From an archaeon GW2011_AR15 (GTDB lineage Archaea > Nanobdellota > Nanobdellia > Woesearchaeales > GW2011-AR15): DNA of 24,000 nt. The translations under genes were made by a program, and so were the position numbers. Each line of letters opens with the position of its first letter. Position 1 is the stretch's first letter. Positions 7,788-13,824 of the stretch are shown here, piece by piece. Below the pieces are notes generated by a model, which saw only the letters and a program-made list of their open reading frames with translations, ran no database searches and was not told the origin of the DNA. The DNA lies in NCBI GenBank assembly GCA_000830295.1, contig CP010425.1:753424-777423 (forward strand), written 5' to 3'.

Positions 7788-9326
7788 CTGTCCCTTCCTC
7801 TTTCCTTTTGAAACTTTTTCGATGTCTTCACCGATCTGCTTCTTGAGGTTAAGCGCAGTCTTCTCGCCAAGCAGCTGGGTAAGCTTTGTCATATCTGCTT
7901 TTTTTATGTCTCCGATATCTTTTATCCCGTTCCTGTAAAGCTTTCTTGCCCTTACCCTTCCGACATTTTTCAGCCTAGCCAGAGGTATAAGCTCCTCCTT
8001 AACTCCCTTGTCCAGCCTGAACCTTGTCTTTCTTATGTTTTTTATTATGTCCCTGAAATTGAGCAGTGCAGCAAGCTCCTCGCCTGCATAAAGTATCCAG
8101 TCGCACAGATTCCTTTTCAGATGAAGCTCTCCGGGTGCGATATTGAATTCCTCAAGTATCTCATTTTCAGTCTTCTCCTCCATCCATGATTCAAGCGCAA
8201 TAGCCAGCTTCATGCTCTTCAGGAATTCATCATATTCCGGCTCAAATACGCTCGGTTCAAATGCTATCAGGAGAGAGGAGGATTCATTAAGCTCTGCTTC
8301 AATAAAATCAGTTTCCTTTACCCTGACAGAAGGAAGAGGCCTCAATTCAAGCGTGGAGCAGGCCAGCTGCAAATAAGAAAGTTCAGTTGCTGTTTTCTGT
8401 GTCGCCCTTCTCAGAGCTGTTATTATCTGGTGTGCAGTGAATGGGTCAAGATACAGCTGGGCAACCCTCTCCCCGAGTTTTGTAACTTCTATTTTGTCAT
8501 CGCCCAAGCTGTTGGCAGAGACGAAATCATCTTTCTTTGACTGCCTTATGAACTCCCATTCCTCAAGGTAATTCAGCATCTTGTCTAGTATGGATTCAAT
8601 TGCATTCATATCCTGGAATTGATAGCCGTAGAATGTCTTCTCAAAGAAATCGACAAGCTCTTTTTTTGAATGGGCAAATCCTGTTGCTGCAAGGCTCAGG
8701 CAGTATGTCCTCAGTACAGGCTCGACAGCCAGTTTCGAGTATATATTTTCAGGAGGGGCATTTATAAATTTCTCTACTATGTCCTCTGCTTCTTTCTCTG
8801 TTGATGCAATGCAGATTGCCTCCCCATGTGTATCATTGAAATCAGGCCGGCCTGCCCTGCCTGCCATCTGGTGGTATTCAAGAGCAGGGATGTACTGGAG
8901 GCCCCATCTGCCGCCATATCTCTTGAGGTCCTTTATTACTGCCCTGAATGCAGGCAGGTTAAGCCCGAACGCCAGCGTGGGAGTGCTTGCTATAACCTTT
9001 ATCCTGCCATTCCTGAAGTTATCCTCAACAAGCTTTCTCTGCTTTGAGGCAAGCCCTGCATGGTGGAACGCCATGCCTTTCCTTATGCAGTATGCAAGCC
9101 TCCTGCATTGTTTTGTAGGAGAGGAGAGGACATTCAGTATTTCATCTGCAAGCTTTTCAAGGTCATCACTTTTTGAGTCTATCTTCCTGGCCAGCTTTTC
9201 CGCAGTAGATTCTGCAGACCTTCTTGTATTGCAGAATACCAGCGCCTGCTTGTTCCTTTTTACAGTATCCAGTGCTATGTCCAGGGCAGGATGATCCGTA
9301 AGCTCAGGAATTGAGAGCGGCTTCAT
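7767..9326 (-). CDS. Ski2/Hel308-type helicase, RecA2 + winged-helix + ratchet + HhH portion only (no RecA1/Walker A domain)
   Basis: 519 aa. Starts just before motif IV (QALVFCNTRRSAESTA), then FHHAGL, motif V STPTLAFGLNLPA and motif VI QMAGRAGRP. Long helical C-terminal region ends in an HhH-like segment (RLKNVGRVRARKLYRNGIKDIGDI). An in-frame stop lies 16 codons upstream of the ATG. Confidence 0.85.
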   Translation of the reverse strand: MKPLSIPELTDHPALDIALDTVKRNKQALVFCNTRRSAESTAEKLARKIDSKSDDLEKLADEILNVLSSPTKQCRRLAYCIRKGMAFHHAGLASKQRKLVEDNFRNGRIKVIASTPTLAFGLNLPAFRAVIKDLKRYGGRWGLQYIPALEYHQMAGRAGRPDFNDTHGEAICIASTEKEAEDIVEKFINAPPENIYSKLAVEPVLRTYCLSLAATGFAHSKKELVDFFEKTFYGYQFQDMNAIESILDKMLNYLEEWEFIRQSKKDDFVSANSLGDDKIEVTKLGERVAQLYLDPFTAHQIITALRRATQKTATELSYLQLACSTLELRPLPSVRVKETDFIEAELNESSSLLIAFEPSVFEPEYDEFLKSMKLAIALESWMEEKTENEILEEFNIAPGELHLKRNLCDWILYAGEELAALLNFRDIIKNIRKTRFRLDKGVKEELIPLARLKNVGRVRARKLYRNGIKDIGDIKKADMTKLTQLLGEKTALNLKKQIGEDIEKVSKGKRKGQLGLGKY

Positions 9327-9537
9327 AGCAACTAAAAAACAAACTTCATTAATTAAGCTTTGCGATGTTTCTTATTCCTTTTTTGCAGAAAGAGCAGCAG
9401 GGTATCATAGGAAACAGGGACATTCCTCGTTAAGAGTGGCTGTAAGAATCATAAAAATAAAAAAAATGAAAAAAATATTTTATTCCTATGCTCCTGCACT
9501 ACCTTATTAACTTTATCTGTAAGTGAATTAAAAGAAG

Positions 9538-9628
9538 TGGGCCCGAGCGGATTCTCACCAATCCTTACCAGCATTGATGGGGCTAGTGTGTTTCCTCGCT
9601 TTGCTCGTCAAGCACACGTTATATAAAA
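9538..9628 (-). repeat. Type A tRNA-trailer insert ending in a 16-nt duplicate of the tRNA-Ile 3' end
   Basis: 9538..9553 is identical to 9629..9644 (tgggcccgagcggatt). The interior folds into two hairpins and is homologous to 16099..16180. Confidence 0.75.
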
Positions 9629-9752
9629 TGGGCCCGAGCGGATTTGAACCGCCGACCACTCGATTGCTGACTGATATGCTATCAGTCGAGCGCTCCATTA
9701 TCCCATCGCCCAGGTACAACCCAGGCGAGTGACCAGACTAAGCCACGGGCCC
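9629..9752 (-). tRNA. tRNA-Ile (anticodon GAU) with two introns (D-loop about 35 nt; canonical 37/38 about 15 nt)
   Basis: Minus strand: GGGCCCG TG GCTT[AGTCTGG..insert..]GAGC G CTCGA CTGATA[GCATATCAGTCAGCA]A TCGAG TGGTC GGCGG TTCAAAT CCGCT CGGGCCC A. All stems pair. No encoded CCA. Confidence 0.8.
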
Positions 9753-9776
9753 GATGGTTCTCAGAATTTGAACTGC

Positions 9777-9783
9777 ATTTAAA
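9777..9783 (-). promoter_or_regulatory. TATA-like TTTAAAT exactly 24 nt upstream of tRNA-Ile position 1
   Basis: Minus strand: TTTTTTTAAAT-GCAGTTCAAATTCTGAGAACCATC-GGGCCCG, with a C/G step at -1/+1. Confidence 0.55.
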
Positions 9784-9818
9784 AAAATTGCGATAAATAT
9801 AAGAGATAGCGCATTATT

Positions 9819-10184
9819 TTGGAGATTATGGATCTATCAGAACTGACACTGATTCTGCAGGTATCAATAGTGCCGGTCGCCCTTATCTCGGGAATAGGGC
9901 TTATCATCCTTTCCATGACAAACAGGCTCGGGAGAATCATGGACAGGATAAGAGCGCTGATCGGCAACAAGAAAAAGAGGCAGCAGGCGGATATGCTTTA
10001 CAGGAGGGCAAAAATAATGCAGCGCGCTGTGATACTGGGAAGCATCAGCATATTATTTGTTGCAGTTCTCATAATAATGAATTTTCTGTTTCTTATCCTA
10101 AGTGTGAACAGCGCAGTTATGACCATACTAGTATTCTCGCTTATTCTGGCCCTTCTTATAGTGTCCCTGTTTCTCTTTATCTAA
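9819..10184 (+). CDS. Small membrane protein, DUF2721-like
   Basis: 121 aa, three hydrophobic helices. VPVALISGIGLIILSMTNRLGRIMDRIRAL resembles the DUF2721 signature as I recall it. Confidence 0.5.
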   Translation: MEIMDLSELTLILQVSIVPVALISGIGLIILSMTNRLGRIMDRIRALIGNKKKRQQADMLYRRAKIMQRAVILGSISILFVAVLIIMNFLFLILSVNSAVMTILVFSLILALLIVSLFLFI

Positions 10185-10245
10185 GACTTGACTTTATCAT
10201 TAAAAGCAATAGAGTTAGAAATAAAAGACAGTTTATGAAGTAAAG

Positions 10246-10349
10246 AAAAAGTGGGACTTCATTGATTCTCATCAAGCCTTTAAGAAAAGCCTTGAGGGAA
10301 ACAAATCCGGTTCTGTTAACAAGTTAACAGAACGACAAAATTAAAAAAG
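10246..10349 (-). repeat. tRNA-Phe trailer insert (type A-related 3' module) ending in a 15/16 duplicate of the tRNA-Phe 3' end plus T-run
   Basis: 10246..10261 matches 10344..10359 with one mismatch. Contains a perfect 11-bp inverted repeat at 10310..10333. The module AAAGGCTTGATGAGAATC aligns with GTAAGGATTGGTGAGAATC of the Ile insert. Confidence 0.7.
10343..10348 (-). terminator. Oligo-T run (T6) 1 nt after the tRNA-Phe discriminator
   Basis: Minus strand: AGGTCCC A C TTTTTT. Archaeal RNA polymerase terminates at oligo-T. Confidence 0.5.
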
Positions 10350-10459
10350 TGGGACCTCAGGGATTTGAACCCTGGACACCACGGTTACTAAATTCTCACC
10401 AGTTACAGACTGGTGGTGGTGCTTCAGCCGTGTGCTCTCCCAGGCTGAGCTAAGGTCCC
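10350..10459 (-). tRNA. tRNA-Phe (anticodon GAA) with a 36-nt canonical (37/38) intron
   Basis: Minus strand: GGGACCT TA GCTC AGCCTGGGA GAGC A CACGG CTGAAG[36 nt]A CCGTG GTGTC CAGGG TTCAAAT CCCTG AGGTCCC A. The intron contains the hairpin CACCAGT-CTGTA-ACTGGTG. Confidence 0.85.
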
Positions 10460-10483
10460 GCCAATGCCCTGAAATTAAGCACG

Positions 10484-10490
10484 ATTTAAA
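10484..10490 (-). promoter_or_regulatory. TATA-like TTTAAAT exactly 24 nt upstream of tRNA-Phe position 1
   Basis: Minus strand: AATTTAAAT-CGTGCTTAATTTCAGGGCATTGGC-GGGACCT. Confidence 0.55.
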
Positions 10491-10507
10491 TTGTTTTCTA
10501 TAAGCAG

Positions 10508-11431
10508 CTACAATCTGTACTCGACAGGCAGATGGAAGAAGCCGGAAGGTGATTTGTAATTGTCAAGCGGAAATTTTTTCAGGCCATGCTTCACAGCCGC
10601 TATATCTGGAATTGCAAAAGATATGGGCCTGCCGTAGTCGGCATTTTCAACTCCGCTATCTTTTTTATAGTGGGCTATCCAGTACAATTTTTTCCCTTCG
10701 TTATTGAGGGTTAGTCTGAACAAATGAAGTTTTTCTCCTTCTTTATCTAAGACAGTGTATTTTCTATCTCCTGAAAAAGCCACTTCAGCGATGAGGTTCC
10801 AGAAAAAAATAAGCCCCCCATTCATTCGGTCTATATCAGGATTCCTTTTTCCTTTCAGCCAATTGAACATTGGGCTTATCTTATCACTTGCCTGAACAAA
10901 GCCATAGACAGGCCCGAAATCACCTATAAGCAGGCCTTCAAGATGGTCCAGCTCATGATGGGCGTATCTTGCCTGGTCTTTGCTGCTGATAGATATCTCC
11001 TCTTCAATCCCTTTTTCAAGAACATACCCTGACAATACCATGCTTTTTGGCCTTGCTACAGGCATATAAGGCTCCCCAAGAGAGCCGCAGCCCTCAAGAA
11101 AGTCTGCTTTCTCATATTCCTCTTTAGAGATTATCTCCGGGTTTACTACCGTAATAAACCTATTTTTTGCAGAATAATCAGGATTAGGTATCTGCATCAT
11201 CCTTAGAGGCCGTTCAGTTTCTTTCCAGTAGATATTCTGTGAGGCTACAGCGTTCCACTTCTTTTTTGTTCTGAATTCTGTCATGAGTTTTGCAAGCTTC
11301 TTTACAAGCCCCATCTCAGTATTGGTATCAACGTGCATTGCAGGAGTCCTGACCCATTTCGCATATTCTATGCTCTTATACACGTCGCAGACATCCGCTC
11401 CTGTTTTTAGCGCAAGCATTGATTTGAACAT
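10508..11431 (-). CDS. Peptide deformylase-like metalloprotein with about 130-aa C-terminal extension
   Basis: 307 aa. PDF motif 1 remnant NAVASQ, motif 2 EGCGSLG and motif 3 HHELDHLEG occur in the correct order and spacing (residues about 60-165). Residues about 176-307 have no similarity I recognise. Confidence 0.7.
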   Translation of the reverse strand: MFKSMLALKTGADVCDVYKSIEYAKWVRTPAMHVDTNTEMGLVKKLAKLMTEFRTKKKWNAVASQNIYWKETERPLRMMQIPNPDYSAKNRFITVVNPEIISKEEYEKADFLEGCGSLGEPYMPVARPKSMVLSGYVLEKGIEEEISISSKDQARYAHHELDHLEGLLIGDFGPVYGFVQASDKISPMFNWLKGKRNPDIDRMNGGLIFFWNLIAEVAFSGDRKYTVLDKEGEKLHLFRLTLNNEGKKLYWIAHYKKDSGVENADYGRPISFAIPDIAAVKHGLKKFPLDNYKSPSGFFHLPVEYRL

Positions 11432-11473
11432 CAGGAGAAGAACTATGAGGCTAAATTTAAAACTATCAGAAAA

Positions 11474-11800
11474 TCAGTTTGGCAAAGCAATAAGAGTCTC
11501 AAGAGGAACATAGAATCTTGATACTCTGTGTTCGCCGGTGTCATTAATCCCGACAAGAACATATCTCTGGTTATTTTCCTCAAGAAGTATCGGGGATTTC
11601 CCGTCATTCGACATTACTCCAACCTTTACAATTCCGTCTCTTACTTTATCGTCAAGAGGCATATCTTTTGGGGATACATCAGTCCGATTTACATAAATTC
11701 CCGTTATTCCGTCCTTTGTATGAAAAGTCACAAAATACTCATGGCTGAACATTCCCGGACCGTATTCCGTGTAGATATAATGGTTTACTTCATCACCCAT
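11474..11800 (-). CDS. Hypothetical protein (108 aa)
   Basis: Clean ORF with no overlapping alternative of comparable quality. Non-repetitive composition. No recognisable motif. Confidence 0.45.
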   Translation of the reverse strand: MGDEVNHYIYTEYGPGMFSHEYFVTFHTKDGITGIYVNRTDVSPKDMPLDDKVRDGIVKVGVMSNDGKSPILLEENNQRYVLVGINDTGEHRVSRFYVPLETLIALPN

Positions 11801-11862
11801 GCAGTGTCCAAAGGAAATGTTATATTTAAATCTTCATAGTTTCCAAAATAATGTTTAGAAAA

Positions 11863-11976
11863 TAAGCCTCCGAAGATATCCTCACTTGCGTTCGGAAACC
11901 TTTCGGAGTCTTTAAATTAAGCCTCCGAAGGGTTAAGTCACTTTCGTTCCTGAACCCACGTAGCCTTAATAAATTA
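11863..11976 (-). repeat. Two tandem type B trailer units, each ending in a copy of the tRNA-Thr 3' end
   Basis: 11914..11932 is identical to 11971..11989 (19 nt). 11863..11875 is a third 13-nt copy. Each unit contains a GA-tandem/GNRA hairpin (11936..11951 and 11880..11895). Confidence 0.75.
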
Positions 11977-12077
11977 AGCCTCCGAAGGGAATTGAACCCT
12001 CGACCTGCGGATTGCTCCCAACCTTTTCTTAAAAGGCTGTTACAAGTCCGCCGCAATAGCCGCTATGCTACGGAGGC
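11977..12077 (-). tRNA. tRNA-Thr (anticodon UGU) with a 28-nt canonical intron
   Basis: Minus strand: GCCTCCG TA GCAT AGCGGCTA TTGC G GCGGA CTTGTA[28 nt]A TCCGC AGGTC GAGGG TTCAATT CCCTT CGGAGGC T. The intron contains the hairpin CCTTTT-AAG-AAAAGG. Confidence 0.85.
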
Positions 12078-12132
12078 ATTTTTGCCAAAGTAGCTTTCGA
12101 AAATCCTTGATTTTCGATGTGCTACGGAGGCA
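12078..12132 (-). repeat. Upstream insert beginning with a 13-nt duplicate of the tRNA-Thr 5' end
   Basis: 12120..12132 is identical to 12066..12078 (tgctacggaggca on +). Between the copies is a long hairpin: GTAGC-ACA-TCGAAAATC-AAG-GATTTTCGA-AA-GCTAC. Confidence 0.7.
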
Positions 12133-12155
12133 CGTATATTCAGGATTAAAAAGCC

Positions 12156-12162
12156 ATTTAAA
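12156..12162 (-). promoter_or_regulatory. TATA-like TTTAAAT 24 nt upstream of the distal (duplicate) tRNA-Thr 5' end
   Basis: Minus strand: TTATTTAAAT-GGCTTTTTAATCCTGAATATACGT-GCCTCCGTAGCA. No comparable box lies upstream of the tRNA proper at 12077. Confidence 0.5.
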
Positions 12163-12177
12163 TAAGTTTTTAATATT

Positions 12178-12849
12178 TCAGAACCACTGCTTCTCTTCAG
12201 ACATCCTTTTCCTTGCTTCTGAAACCCTGTTCAGCTCTAGATAAAACTTGAGGTCTTCTACAAATCTTTCAGCTCTCCTCCTCAGCTCTATCTCCTGTTC
12301 CCTGAACCTGTCCTTATAGATCATTCTCAGGAAATACTCATGCAGCACTTTCCCGAGTGCAAATTTTGAATTGTCGTTGAACCAGCCGTTTATGTCAATC
12401 TCAAGTATTGAGTTGAACCACATCAGGAATTCCCCTACATACGGCTTTATCTTTTTTCCCTTGTACATTATCTCTACACGTTTCATATTAGTCGTTAGGA
12501 CGTCAATATCCCACCTGTACCTGAAAAAGGGGTGCTCTCCTGCTATTCCGCCATGGTTATTTCTCAGGCGCCACCACCACCTTATCTCCTTGTGGCCCTG
12601 CTGGTCCCTGTATTCTCCATAGAAATCCTCTATCCACTTCCGGTCGCCGACACTGTGTATTGACGTCCATCCTTCCTCTGTAAGCCAGTGGTGCATAAAT
12701 CGGTATATATTCTCAAGATGGACTATCCTGACTTGTTTTATCTGTGTGCTGTATACAAGAAGGTTGCCTTCTGTCCAGGAGGTGTCTTCAGGAGGGGGTG
12801 CCCACTGGGTCCTTACTCCGCCGGGATGCTTAGGGGTCCAAATAGTCAT
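12178..12849 (-). CDS. Hypothetical Trp-rich protein (223 aa)
   Basis: Long clean ORF. Unusually rich in Trp and aromatics (e.g. EIRWWWRLRNNHGG, FFRYRWDIDV). Helical, charged C-terminus. No family recognised. Confidence 0.55.
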   Translation of the reverse strand: MTIWTPKHPGGVRTQWAPPPEDTSWTEGNLLVYSTQIKQVRIVHLENIYRFMHHWLTEEGWTSIHSVGDRKWIEDFYGEYRDQQGHKEIRWWWRLRNNHGGIAGEHPFFRYRWDIDVLTTNMKRVEIMYKGKKIKPYVGEFLMWFNSILEIDINGWFNDNSKFALGKVLHEYFLRMIYKDRFREQEIELRRRAERFVEDLKFYLELNRVSEARKRMSEEKQWF

Positions 12850-12967
12850 GCTATATCTAACAGGGAATGTGCTATATAAAAGTTTCGGAAAAATGTATAC
12901 TAGTTTAGATAATAGCTTATACTAGAAAACTCATTAATTTATATTCCAATGCCAATTCACTCTCCGC

Positions 12968-13711
12968 ATGGTAAACTTCTGGAAGCTCGTGAATAAGGTA
13001 ATAAAAGAGGCTGATATACTCCTTCTTGTATTGGATTCCAGGATGCCGGAGCTCACAAGGAACAGGGAGCTGGAACAGAAGATCGGCAGCAAGAAGCTTA
13101 TCTATGTACTTAACAAATGCGACCTTATCCCTAAGGATGAGATGGAGGAGGTAGCCAGGAAATACAGTCCATCAGTCTTTGTCTCAAGCAGGGAAAAGCT
13201 AGGAGGGACGCTGCTGTTCAGGAAGATTATGGAATTGTCAAGAGGAGAGCCATGCATCGTGGGAGTTATAGGCTACCCAAATGTCGGCAAAAGCTCAGTC
13301 ATCAACCTGCTGAAAGGCAAAAAATCAGCTTCCATCAGCCCACAGTCAGGGCATACAAGAGGCATACAGTTTATCTCTGCAAAAGGCAAGATAAAATTAA
13401 TAGATACCCCGGGGGTATTGGAATTCAGCGAAAAGGAAATTATGAAGCAGATAATGATAGGCTCAAAGAACCCGCAGCATGTCAAAGAGCCGGATTACTA
13501 TGCGGCAAAGCTTATTGAGCAGTTCCCGAAAATGTTTGAAAAGCATTGCGGGCTTGAATATGCAGGGGACCCCTATGATTTCCTGGAGAAATTTGCCCTG
13601 AAAAGCAATACGCTTGTCAAGGGCGGAAACCCGGATATGAACAGGATTGGCCGCATGCTTTTGCAGGACTGGCAGAAAGGCAAAGTGCACGAGAAGTTTC
13701 TGGAAAACTAA
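12968..13711 (+). CDS. Circularly permuted GTPase (YlqF/RbgA/MMR1-HSR1 type), ribosome-biogenesis family
   Basis: 247 aa. G4 LNKCDL precedes G1 GYPNVGKSSVIN and G3 DTPG, which is the permuted motif order of this family. Confidence 0.8.
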   Translation: MVNFWKLVNKVIKEADILLLVLDSRMPELTRNRELEQKIGSKKLIYVLNKCDLIPKDEMEEVARKYSPSVFVSSREKLGGTLLFRKIMELSRGEPCIVGVIGYPNVGKSSVINLLKGKKSASISPQSGHTRGIQFISAKGKIKLIDTPGVLEFSEKEIMKQIMIGSKNPQHVKEPDYYAAKLIEQFPKMFEKHCGLEYAGDPYDFLEKFALKSNTLVKGGNPDMNRIGRMLLQDWQKGKVHEKFLEN

Positions 13712-13824
13712 TAGATTAAAAGGGTAAGCAACACCAAAAAACCAGTTGTTTTTCTATTAAAACAGCTGGAAAACCAAATAATTTATATGATGGATTTACT
13801 TCCTACCTCTTATAAGGAGTAAAT

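Noticed and set aside
8779-9294. 171-aa ORF antisense to the helicase, and similar antisense ORFs at 2035..2442, 3331..3783, 19448..19822, 20141..20539 and 20600..21025
   Set aside because: Each lies opposite a gene with strong family motifs. They have Ser/Leu/Phe-biased composition and no motifs or start signals.
9414-9420. GGGACAT also occurs here, matching the first 7-8 nt of the putative transcript start at 15964
   Set aside because: This is a short match with no tRNA-like structure around it on either strand, and is most likely chance.
9327-9537. Search for remnants of the missing helicase RecA1 domain upstream of the 519-aa ORF
   Set aside because: I translated the minus strand in the helicase frame and by eye in the others. 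There is a stop 16 codons upstream and no GKT/DExH-like peptide. The region is AT-rich non-coding, so this is not a simple frameshift pseudogene within the window.
11863-11989. Three evenly spaced copies of aagcctccgaag that could be read as a tiny CRISPR array
   Set aside because: The repeats are only 13-19 nt and identical to the adjacent tRNA-Thr 3' end. The 'spacers' are homologous to each other and to the Arg trailer. No palindromic CRISPR-type repeat or cas gene is present.
11826-12056. 76-aa ORF across the tRNA-Thr locus
   Set aside because: It is made entirely of tRNA and repeat sequence. Its internal repetition (RRLNL..) simply reflects the duplicated tRNA 3' ends.
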